Below, piece after piece: positions 55,105-63,564 of a DNA stretch of 64,000 nucleotides. The notes below the pieces were generated by a model that saw only the letters and a list, made by a program, of their open reading frames with translations, searched no databases and was not told the DNA's origin. This DNA is from Minisyncoccota bacterium. GTDB lineage: Bacteria; Patescibacteriota; Minisyncoccia; Phycocordibacterales; BOKC01. The position numbers and the translations under genes were made by a program. The DNA is taken from the NCBI GenBank assembly GCA_030583745.1, contig CP129473.1:140551-204550 (forward strand), written 5' to 3'. Every line of letters starts with the position of its first letter. Positions within the stretch are counted from its first letter, which is position 1.

Positions 55105-55833
55105 ATGAAGCCACTTTTTTCTCGAGAAGAGATGGAGAATGTTCTGAATTCTCCTAGGAAAGGAAGCGGATCAGGAATTGGCCTTTACCGTGAGGGATAT
55201 CGAACTCATGGTATTAATTTCTGGGGAATGAAGGTTGGAAGCAAAGTCCAAGAGTTTCTTGATAGAAACTCTAACACTGACTGGAGCCAGTCTTCTGTAC
55301 TGGAAATCGGTGCAGGCACGGGAAAAAATATCTTCGAGCTTGTTCGTATAGGTGTAAATAGGGCTGTTGCTGTAGAGATTGATTCAATTGCAATCAGTGT
55401 CTTTGTTGACACCCTCGTTCGTCTCGAAGAATGTGGACTTGTGCCCGAAGGCCGGGTTTCTATAGTGAAAGATGATGCACTACAGTTTCTGCGACACAAC
55501 AGTGAGCGGTTTGATATCGTTGTTTGCTATGGTGTACTGCACGTTTTGAAACAGCAAGAACAACTCGTTTTGTTGGCGAAAAGCGTGACAAATGCCGTAG
55601 CAAAAGGCGGTCATCTCATACTTCAAACAATCACTAACAAATATCCAGCACCAGCCTCACAGCCTGAGCTTGAAGGAGTGATCGTCACACCTAGACTAGT
55701 GAAAGAATTGTTCCCAAAGGATATATGGGAGATAATAAGTTGGGATGAGGAAGATATCGTCCATAGTCATCTAGGCTCAGAAGAAGATCATCGTCACGGC
55801 TCCGTCCGTTCAATTTTTAGGAGTCTACGGTGA
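55105..55833 (+). CDS. Class I SAM-dependent methyltransferase
   Basis: Motif I VLEIGAGTGKN. Confidence 0.75.
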   Translation: MKPLFSREEMENVLNSPRKGSGSGIGLYREGYRTHGINFWGMKVGSKVQEFLDRNSNTDWSQSSVLEIGAGTGKNIFELVRIGVNRAVAVEIDSIAISVFVDTLVRLEECGLVPEGRVSIVKDDALQFLRHNSERFDIVVCYGVLHVLKQQEQLVLLAKSVTNAVAKGGHLILQTITNKYPAPASQPELEGVIVTPRLVKELFPKDIWEIISWDEEDIVHSHLGSEEDHRHGSVRSIFRSLR

Positions 55834-56007
55834 AGAGTCCGAAGACAACATGGCCCTGACTGTCATAGCACAGTCAGGGCTTTCTTTATCATCTTTGGTA
55901 ATACTTTTGGACATACACTGAAGTATATGTTATGATATCGCAAGCCTTGGGATAATCTCGAGGTTTTGTTCTTTTACAATCCAATCCTGAAAGGAGGAAC
56001 AGCACGT

Positions 56008-56286
56008 ATGCGCACAGCAGAAGAAGTCATGATGCGCTGCAAGCTCATCCTCGATCAGCCGGACATCGTCCTTCTGGTCGATAAGAGCAGCAGTCCAACG
56101 GCGGCCTACGACATGGTCATGGACGCAACCCACAACGACGAGACCGCGAAAGCGGCTCGCTGGCTCGGCGTATTGAGAAGGGATTACCCCGATCGCTACG
56201 CCGAAATCACCCACAACACTCTCAGCCACGTTCAGAGGAACACGGCGAGGAAAGGAGAACGGAATGAAAACGACGTATGCAGTTGA
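56008..56286 (+). CDS. Small hypothetical protein (92 aa)
   Basis: RBS aaaggagg upstream of the ATG; overlaps the next gene by 23 nt. Confidence 0.4.
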   Translation: MRTAEEVMMRCKLILDQPDIVLLVDKSSSPTAAYDMVMDATHNDETAKAARWLGVLRRDYPDRYAEITHNTLSHVQRNTARKGERNENDVCS

Positions 56287-57586
56287 CCTACTCCACAGTC
56301 CTTCTGATGGAACGACGGTTGTGCTCTACGGTTGGGTGAAAGCCCGCCGGCGACATAATCACGTCGTTTTTCTGGACATCACGGACTCCACTGGTTCGGT
56401 GCAGTGTGTGGTCGAAGCTGGCAACAAGCCCGCTTTTGAACTCGCGCGGCGCATGAACCAGGAAACGGCGGTTAAGATCACTGGTGTCCTTGCGGATACT
56501 GGCCGAGCGAACCCGCAGCGGGAAATCCGCGTCGACAATATCGAGGTCATCGGCGTGAGCACCATCAGTGTCTCTCCGTATCCGCGGGGAAACATCGACA
56601 TTCAAGACCCGAGGTTGCAGGAGCAACTTTTGGACAAGCGGCATTTCTATCTCCGCAACGAGAAATTTGCCGCCATCCTGAAGTTTCGTCACGTCCTCAC
56701 AAGGATCGTGCATCAATGGTTCCATGAGAATGGGTTCATTGAGATCCACGCTCCGGTGCTGACACCAACGCCGCTGTACGACGATCGTACGGCTATGGCA
56801 ATCAAGGTACATGAGCAAGATGTATACCTGACACAGTGTGTTGGGTTCTATCTCGAACAAGCAGTTCATGCTCTCGAGAAGATCTACAACATCGGTCCCA
56901 GCTTCCGCGCCGAGGAGAGCCGCTCCAAGAGACATCTCATGGAGTACTGGCACATCAAGGCAGAGTTGGCGTTCGTGGACTTTGAGGACATGGCCTCAGT
57001 AGTCGAGCGGTTCATCCATGATGTGAGCGAGCAGTGTATCCGCGAGGGTCGCGAGCTTGCAAACATTATCGGCACCGAGATATGTGGCGACGGACTTAAA
57101 ACTCCGTTTCCGCGCATTGACTACGCCGAGGCGGTGGAGTGGCTCAAGACGCAGGGTTCCGATATTGAGTTTGGCAAAAGCATGGGTTCCGACGAGGAAA
57201 CTATGCTCTGCCAGCGGTTCGGCGACACTCCGTTTTGGATTGTCGGCATTCCACGACCCATCGAACCCTTTCCTTATGTGATTGACGCAGCCGATACTCG
57301 TCGAACGAAGACGGCTGATTTGATCGCAAGTCGAGGGTTTGGTGAGCTTCTCGGTATTGCCGAGAAGATTCATTCTCTGTCGATGCTCGATGAGCGGCTG
57401 GCAGAGAAAGGTAAAGCCGGTGACGCCCGCTACGAATGGTTGCGGGACCTTCGTCAATACGGTTGTGTACCGCACGGAGGGTTTGGTATGGGGCTTGAAC
57501 GGTTCATCCGTTGGCTCTTGCAGATCCCGCATGTGCGAGACACCATTCCTTTTCACCGAGCGTTCAGTAGGAGGATTGATCCATGA
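56264..57586 (+). CDS. Class IIb aminoacyl-tRNA synthetase paralog, AsnRS-like (archaeal/eukaryal type)
   Basis: N-terminal OB fold VVLYGWVKARRRHNHVVFLDITD; motif 2 FRAEESRSKRHLMEYWHIKAE; motif 3 GGFGMGLERF. Confidence 0.7.
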   Translation: MKTTYAVDLLHSPSDGTTVVLYGWVKARRRHNHVVFLDITDSTGSVQCVVEAGNKPAFELARRMNQETAVKITGVLADTGRANPQREIRVDNIEVIGVSTISVSPYPRGNIDIQDPRLQEQLLDKRHFYLRNEKFAAILKFRHVLTRIVHQWFHENGFIEIHAPVLTPTPLYDDRTAMAIKVHEQDVYLTQCVGFYLEQAVHALEKIYNIGPSFRAEESRSKRHLMEYWHIKAELAFVDFEDMASVVERFIHDVSEQCIREGRELANIIGTEICGDGLKTPFPRIDYAEAVEWLKTQGSDIEFGKSMGSDEETMLCQRFGDTPFWIVGIPRPIEPFPYVIDAADTRRTKTADLIASRGFGELLGIAEKIHSLSMLDERLAEKGKAGDARYEWLRDLRQYGCVPHGGFGMGLERFIRWLLQIPHVRDTIPFHRAFSRRIDP

Positions 57587-57638
57587 GTACCACATACGCC
57601 AAGCCAATCACGGCAAGGCATACCAAAAGGAGAACATC

Positions 57639-58946
57639 ATGCAAAGAACACTGATCAAGCAACTCGGATCCGAGGTCGGCAAGACCGTTCGGATCTGCGG
57701 ATGGGTGGGAACGTTCCGCGATCAAAAGCGGATGCAATTCATTATCGTCCGTGACCACACCGGCAATGTACAGGTGGTGCACGAGAAGTCGGCAAACGCC
57801 GAACTGACGGCAACAATCGCCAGCCTCACATCCGAAAGCGCAGTGGAAATCATCGGCAAGGTTATTGCCAATCCTATGGTCAAGCTGGGCGGGATGGAAG
57901 TGATGGCCGAATCAGTGAACATCGTCAGCAAGGCGGAAGCACTTCTGCCGTTTGGCGAAAGCCCGACCATCGAAACTCGACTGGACTGGAGATTTCTGGA
58001 CCTGCGTACTCCGCAGAACCTACTGATCTTCAAGATTCAGACGGCGGCCGAACACGCTATGCGTTCGTTCTGGACGGCGGAGGGGTTCATCGAGATGCAC
58101 TCCCCGAAGTTCATGGGTAGCGCAAGCGAGTCCGGTGCGGAGCTCTTCGAGGTAAAGTACTTCGACCGCAAGGCGTATCTCGCTCAGTCGCCTCAGTTTT
58201 ACAAACAGATGGCGATGACGGCGGGGTTCGACCGCGTGTTCGAGATCGGGCCGGTCTTTCGGGCCAACCCGTCCTTCACTTCGCGGCACGACACGGAGTT
58301 CACCAGCGTGGACGTCGAAATCTCGTGGATTGACTCCCACGAGGACGTCATGCAGCTTGAGGAACGTTGGCTTCGCCATGTGCTTCAGGTGGTGAAAGCC
58401 GAGTACGGCGAGGAGATCAAGGCGACGTTCGGCACGGAGATCACGGTTCCCGAGCTTCCGTTTCCGCGTGTGACTATGGAAGAGGCGTACAACATCCTCG
58501 ACCAGATGGGTCACCGAATCGAGCGGGGCGAAAAGGGCGACCTCGATCCGGAGGGCGAGCGACTCTTGTGTCGACACTTCCACGAGAAGACCGGCCACGA
58601 GTTCGTCTTCGTCACCGAGTACCCTGCTGTGGTGCGAGCGTTCTACCACATGCGTCCCGAAGGAAAACCCCATCTCACTAAGAGCTTCGACCTTCTCTGG
58701 AAGGGACTTGAAGTGACGACAGGGGCGCAAAGGGAGCATCGCTACGAGATCTTGGTGGAGCAAGCCAAGGAGAAGGGGCTCTTGCTTGAGCCCATCCAGT
58801 ACTATCTGGACTTCTTCCGCTACGGCTGTCCGCCTCACGGCGGTTATGGCTTCGGTCTCACCCGTATGCTCATGGTGATGCTGAGCGCGAAAAGCGTGCG
58901 TGAGGTGACGTACCTCTACCGAGGCGTCAACCGACTCACTCCGTAA
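57639..58946 (+). CDS. aspS: Archaeal-type aspartyl-tRNA synthetase, GC-rich xenolog; motif 2 is FRAN rather than FRAE
   Basis: OB fold; YFDRKAYLAQSPQFYKQMAM; FRANPSFTSRHDTEF; GGYGFGLTRM. RBS aaaaggagaac upstream. ORF track start 57339. Confidence 0.75.
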   Translation: MQRTLIKQLGSEVGKTVRICGWVGTFRDQKRMQFIIVRDHTGNVQVVHEKSANAELTATIASLTSESAVEIIGKVIANPMVKLGGMEVMAESVNIVSKAEALLPFGESPTIETRLDWRFLDLRTPQNLLIFKIQTAAEHAMRSFWTAEGFIEMHSPKFMGSASESGAELFEVKYFDRKAYLAQSPQFYKQMAMTAGFDRVFEIGPVFRANPSFTSRHDTEFTSVDVEISWIDSHEDVMQLEERWLRHVLQVVKAEYGEEIKATFGTEITVPELPFPRVTMEEAYNILDQMGHRIERGEKGDLDPEGERLLCRHFHEKTGHEFVFVTEYPAVVRAFYHMRPEGKPHLTKSFDLLWKGLEVTTGAQREHRYEILVEQAKEKGLLLEPIQYYLDFFRYGCPPHGGYGFGLTRMLMVMLSAKSVREVTYLYRGVNRLTP

Positions 58947-59019
58947 GGAGGGGATCGACAACCAACAAGGCTCTGATTGTGTTTATCACAGTCAGAGCCT
59001 TTTTTCTTGCTATTGCTGT

Positions 59020-59272
59020 ATATATATCTTACTGCTATTATAGAAACATAAAGGCATTGAAGCTGCTGACACAGCTGAGCCAAGGGAAGAAATCTCGTAA
59101 AAGAGAAATTAGAGCCCTTCGGGATAAGCCCGTAATAGCTTCGAGTCGTAGTAAGGCGACGATGAGGTTCGGTATTGCCGAACAAAGTAAGGTGGCACCG
59201 CGAAAAGATCGCCCTTACAAGTTCATCGATTTTTAATCGGTGATTTTGTAAGGGTAATTTTTATTTAGAAAT
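59020..59272 (+). promoter_or_regulatory. T-box riboswitch leader (Asp-specific by inference) upstream of aspS
   Basis: Conserved T-box sequence agtaaggtggcaccgcg at 59184..59202; terminator hairpin cccttacaa...ttgtaaggg plus U-run at 59212..59266. Confidence 0.5.
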
Positions 59273-60589
59273 ATGCAGAGACTTCATATAAACGAAATTA
59301 AAGAACATATTGGAAAAAAGGTTAAGATTGCTGGTTTCGTCCAGACTATACGCGATCAAGGGAGCATCAAGTTTCTTCTGATACGCGACATTACGGGAGT
59401 TATTCAAGTTGTGGTCACCAAACATAGCCCCGATGCTTTAGCTATAGCAAAAACTCTTACTCACGAATCAATAGTGGAAATCGTTGGTTTAGCTAAGGAG
59501 GAAAAGCAAGCTCCTGGAGGTTTTGAAATTGAAGTAGAAAAACTCATAATTTTATCTCTTGCCGACCCAGAACTACCGATACCGATTATAGTGAAGGGAC
59601 AGCAAGGAGAAACAGAACAATCAATACGTCTTGATTGGCGTTGGATTGATCTGCGCAAGCCTCAAGGGTCACTCACATTCAAGGTATGGACCGAGCTTGA
59701 AGCAGCTTTCCGCGAATTTTGGACAAAAAACGGTTATATAGAAATACATTCTCCGAAACTAATTTCTACCGCAAGTGAGTCCGGTGCGGAAGTATTCGAG
59801 GTTAAATACTTTGATCGCAAGGCATATCTAGCTCAATCTCCGCAATTCTACAAACAGATGGCGATGTCAGCTGGATTTGAAAGAGTTTTTGAAGTCGGAC
59901 CGGTGTTCAGAGCGGAGCCATCATTTACATCGCGACATGCCACAGAGTTTACTGGTTATGACGCTGAAATATCATACATTGAGTCTCATGAAGACGTAAT
60001 GCAAGAGGAAGAGAAGGTTATCCAATTCGCCGTCAGTAAGGTAAAGGAGAAATTCGGCGAGGAAATAAAACAGGTTTTCGCCAGAGAAGTCGTAGCCCCG
60101 ACACTTCCATTCCCTAGATTGACTATCAAAGAGGCTAAAACGATACTTACCGAAATGGGCGTAACCGGAGAAAAGGACGGGGACTTGTCGTCAGAAGAAG
60201 AACGCAAGATTGGTGAGTATGTAATGAATACATTTGGCCATGAGTTTGTGTTTATCACTGAATATCCAGCAAAAGATCGTGCTTTCTATCATATGCGCGA
60301 TGAAAATGATAAAACTCTCACAAAAGGTTTTGACCTTCTTTGGAACGGTCTTGAAGTAACCACTGGCGCTCAACGAGAACATCGCTACGATGTGCTTGTA
60401 AAGCAGGCGAAAGAGAAAGGAATGGATTTAGAGTCTTTGAAATTCTATTTAAACTTCTTTAAGTACGGCTGTCCTCCACACGGCGGCTTCGGTATGGGGC
60501 CAAACAGGATGATTATGAAATTGCTCGGCATAGACAATGTACGAGACGCGATGTTTATCTACCGCGGAGTAAAACGCCTTGAACCATAA
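59273..60589 (+). CDS. aspS: Archaeal-type aspartyl-tRNA synthetase (intermediate-GC copy with a T-box leader, enclosed by the terminal inverted repeats)
   Basis: FRAEPSFTSRHATEF; GGFGMGPNRM; about 80% nucleotide identity to the GC-rich copy over conserved blocks, with third-position differences. Confidence 0.85.
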   Translation: MQRLHINEIKEHIGKKVKIAGFVQTIRDQGSIKFLLIRDITGVIQVVVTKHSPDALAIAKTLTHESIVEIVGLAKEEKQAPGGFEIEVEKLIILSLADPELPIPIIVKGQQGETEQSIRLDWRWIDLRKPQGSLTFKVWTELEAAFREFWTKNGYIEIHSPKLISTASESGAEVFEVKYFDRKAYLAQSPQFYKQMAMSAGFERVFEVGPVFRAEPSFTSRHATEFTGYDAEISYIESHEDVMQEEEKVIQFAVSKVKEKFGEEIKQVFAREVVAPTLPFPRLTIKEAKTILTEMGVTGEKDGDLSSEEERKIGEYVMNTFGHEFVFITEYPAKDRAFYHMRDENDKTLTKGFDLLWNGLEVTTGAQREHRYDVLVKQAKEKGMDLESLKFYLNFFKYGCPPHGGFGMGPNRMIMKLLGIDNVRDAMFIYRGVKRLEP

Positions 60590-60596
60590 ATAAAAA

Positions 60597-60626
60597 GTCT
60601 CCCGAACGAATCGTCGTTCGGGAGAC
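60597..60626. terminator. Bidirectional terminator between the convergent operons
   Basis: gtctcccgaacgaatcgtcgttcgggagac. Confidence 0.75.
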
Positions 60627-60640
60627 TTGGTGTTGGCACA

Positions 60641-61687
60641 TTATGCCCATCTCTTTTCCAAGGATAAGTAATTCTTGTAAGAAGATAGTAGGGCGCCTTG
60701 TCGGTTGTGATTAGAGATCGCTTCCTCAATATCCTGCTTAGTGTCGTGATTATCTCTTGCGCGGACACGCAACACTTCACAAGCAATTGTTGAAAGCATA
60801 TCTGCCCAAACCGGATTAAACTCATCCCAGACTTGCTTCAGAGCAGCTTGCAGTGTAGACAAAGAACCCACATCCTCTCGTATCCTCTGTTCTTCAGAAA
60901 CCAGTAATTTCCTGGTTTCCTCTGAAAAAGACTGGATTGGCGTCATTCTCTTTGACTGTTGTATTTCCGACACAAATGATGGTATAAAATCGAAATCCTT
61001 ACCTCGAAGGTGTGCGGAAACTGCTGTGTGCCAATATGATCCAACTTCCATACCGACTCGTGCCGCCATGCATTCCTGCAAGAGGGAAAAATCAAAGATG
61101 TTGTAGGGTAAGAGTTTTACCACATCATTGGCTCGCATACAGACCGTTGAATGCAAGACATTTCCCCTTGGCATAAATACTATGCTCATTGCGCATGGAA
61201 TGTCGCGAGAATCAATTCGCTCCAAATCACCACTGTCGTAAACGGTGATCACGGCACGTTTTGTGTCTGGTCGTTGAGCGATGAGTTTTGCAACTATTTC
61301 AAACTGGTTATCAATCGGTTTGTTTCCGAATATCCGCTTTCCATAAGATGAACCAGGAATTGTTTCTCCGTCATCAGAGAACTGACGAACTCTATCCGTG
61401 TAGAACGCGATTGGATCAAGCAGATTTGAGCCCGATAGCATATACATGAATCGGGCGACTGCAAGGCCAGGATTGAATATCGGAAACAATCCGCTCCCCA
61501 GTATCCTTTTTCTTGGATCAGTGAGACACACCGAAGCATTCCACACTTCTTTGATCGTTTGACCATGGTTCATGGAGAGATCACTTGATTTGTACGTGAG
61601 ACCATGATCCATGATTTCTTTGGCGACGAGTCTAACGACGATGTTAACGTCGTCGCTAGACAGACAGATTTGCTTGGAACACCACAT
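60641..61687 (-). CDS. Thymidylate synthase-fold enzyme (ThyA / dCMP/dUMP/CMP hydroxymethylase family)
   Basis: Catalytic Cys context DIPCAMSIVF (PCH-like); RANDVVKLLPYNIFDFSLL parallels RSADVFLGVPFNIASYALL; PIFNPGLAVARFMYMLSG parallels FPLLTTKRVF...ELLWFLKG. Confidence 0.65.
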   Translation of the reverse strand: MWCSKQICLSSDDVNIVVRLVAKEIMDHGLTYKSSDLSMNHGQTIKEVWNASVCLTDPRKRILGSGLFPIFNPGLAVARFMYMLSGSNLLDPIAFYTDRVRQFSDDGETIPGSSYGKRIFGNKPIDNQFEIVAKLIAQRPDTKRAVITVYDSGDLERIDSRDIPCAMSIVFMPRGNVLHSTVCMRANDVVKLLPYNIFDFSLLQECMAARVGMEVGSYWHTAVSAHLRGKDFDFIPSFVSEIQQSKRMTPIQSFSEETRKLLVSEEQRIREDVGSLSTLQAALKQVWDEFNPVWADMLSTIACEVLRVRARDNHDTKQDIEEAISNHNRQGALLSSYKNYLSLEKRWA

Positions 61688-61690
61688 ATC

Positions 61691-63235
61691 TTATCCTCCT
61701 TTCTGTTTCCAGTTGGTGATTGTCTTTCTGATTCGCGACTCGTCTTCTTTACTCACCTGATCCAACCAGACACTCTCTTCATTCCCGATAATGGGATCAA
61801 GAACACGTGGAGCATGTTCACTTCCTACAACCGGAAGTCGAGCGTGTGGTTTTGAAGTAAGATACATCTGCTTAAGATTCGCGTCTGACAGGTTAATAAG
61901 TTCTCGAACCAGTGGGTTCTCGAACTCCACTCCACCGATAGCGCGATCTTTCAGAATGCGTATGGTGAGATAGAGACGAAGAGCAGAAGTTTCCATTGCT
62001 GTGAACGGAATTTGGAAGACGAAGTTACGCGCATCCAAGATTTTATCGAGATCTGACTCGACCTCTTTAGCATACGCAAGCAGCACGTCCGTGGGTTCCG
62101 AAACAGCAGTACGCTGTAGAATGTCTTGGGAAACCTGATTCCAGTACTCATTCCATGACCCAATAGATTCTATTGGCAACCATGTATCCGGTGCAGAAGC
62201 GTTAATAATGAATCGCCCGTCTGCAGGAAGATACACGCACAGGCGCTTTTCTTTTTGTTTTCTGGGAGTTATATAACGCTCTGCCCCGGAGAGTTCCGAC
62301 TGCCAGTAGCTATGTCCTCGCAAGACAGTTTCGTAGAAGTTGTGACCTTCTCCATGTCTTCCACGCAAGGAAAGATTGAAGAAAGAATTACCAACCTCTT
62401 CCTCTTCTTTGATTTCACGCCACGAAGTCCCTGGAACCTCTGAACGACTTAGCTTCTTGCCGAAACCCAGGAAATATACCGGTTTGTAGATCACTGGGAT
62501 TTCGATATCATCAACGACCAACCATCTCGTTGGGAAACCATCAATGATGGGCAGGTTTTTCACGGGATCGTTGTCGTTTTTTACAGGGACGAGTTTTGCT
62601 CGCAGTTCTTTCGCAAGAAGTACATCTAGGTTTTCTCTAGGATCAAGCAGGGTTCTCACTATTGGACGAATGGTCAATCCTTCTTGAGTATGCAGTTTTG
62701 CGTATTTAATTACCCGTGCGACATTTTGAACGGACACCTTGTGAAAAGTGTCAAAGCTGATCCGTATCACGAAATCAAGCTTCTTATTTCTCGCTTGGTT
62801 GCCACGCAACATCGCAGAAGTAAGCTGATCCAGGACAAGACGAGTTTCTTCTTCGCTGTTCGCGAAGTACAAGCTTGTGATACTCACAACTTGCCGAATG
62901 TGCCGGAGGTGTTCGACCGCGTAACACATCGAGTCGAGGTTTTCGTAGGACTCTCCGCCACCAGAGAAAACAACAAGCTCCAGACCTGATTCATTCATGA
63001 TGTGTACGAAGCGCTCAATTTGTCTCATCGAGACTGCTGGAGGATTTCCGCCAAAGATTTTGGTTGTCAAAGCGGCAGAGAACAAGCAATTCGGACAAGT
63101 TAGAGCGCATTTATCAGCAGCGTTAACTACCGCAACGGAGACTCCAGGATTTGCGATTACTCCAAGTTCTGGCGTATGTTGGACAATGTAACTCCGGACT
63201 TTTTGAGAGAGTTTGGATGTGAAGATTGTTTCCAT
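61691..63235 (-). CDS. Radical SAM enzyme 2 (CxxxCxxC) with a ~250-aa C-terminal extension of unknown function
   Basis: DKCALTCPNCLF; VVFSGGGESYENL; true start METIFTSKL at 63235. ORF track extends to 63310 into the leader. Confidence 0.75.
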   Translation of the reverse strand: METIFTSKLSQKVRSYIVQHTPELGVIANPGVSVAVVNAADKCALTCPNCLFSAALTTKIFGGNPPAVSMRQIERFVHIMNESGLELVVFSGGGESYENLDSMCYAVEHLRHIRQVVSITSLYFANSEEETRLVLDQLTSAMLRGNQARNKKLDFVIRISFDTFHKVSVQNVARVIKYAKLHTQEGLTIRPIVRTLLDPRENLDVLLAKELRAKLVPVKNDNDPVKNLPIIDGFPTRWLVVDDIEIPVIYKPVYFLGFGKKLSRSEVPGTSWREIKEEEEVGNSFFNLSLRGRHGEGHNFYETVLRGHSYWQSELSGAERYITPRKQKEKRLCVYLPADGRFIINASAPDTWLPIESIGSWNEYWNQVSQDILQRTAVSEPTDVLLAYAKEVESDLDKILDARNFVFQIPFTAMETSALRLYLTIRILKDRAIGGVEFENPLVRELINLSDANLKQMYLTSKPHARLPVVGSEHAPRVLDPIIGNEESVWLDQVSKEDESRIRKTITNWKQKGG

Positions 63236-63366
63236 TTTGATCTCCTTTTTCAGTTGTGAATGTGCATTTGAGAAATCCACCATGGATTTCATCCAGAAAT
63301 AAGCTACCACAATTTCGTCATCTATACAAGCTTTGGCAAAAATCCGCCACGCATTCCTACCGCGCC
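63228..63366 (-). repeat. Right (inverted) copy of the ~140-bp repeat: promoter/leader/RBS/ATG for radical SAM gene 2
   Basis: Reverse complement matches 53962..54102 almost base-for-base, through ATGGAAAC. Confidence 0.8.
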
Positions 63367-63439
63367 CAGCGGGGCGTCCTCATTCGTGGGGGTTCTCCGC
63401 AAAATCGCTCCGTTTCTTTAATTCCGAACAAGTTTCGTT

Positions 63440-63513
63440 TGGTGGACCCGAGGAGAATCGAACTCCTGCTTCAGCAATGCGAATGCTGCGTAATACCACT
63501 TTACTACGGGCCC
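63440..63513 (-). tRNA. tRNA-Ala (anticodon CGC) with encoded CCA
   Basis: Cloverleaf GGGCCCG/CGGGUCC acceptor with a G3:U70 pair, A73, anticodon loop UUCGCAU, T-loop GGAGUUCGAUUCUCC. Confidence 0.9.
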
Positions 63514-63564
63514 GAATTGGACAGTATATTTGCGCGAACCTTTTTTTTTAAAAAACAACGGCTA

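Noticed and set aside
58979-59236. 85-aa ORF between the two aspS genes
   Set aside because: It overlaps the T-box-like leader and terminator and has no RBS. It is more parsimoniously non-coding.
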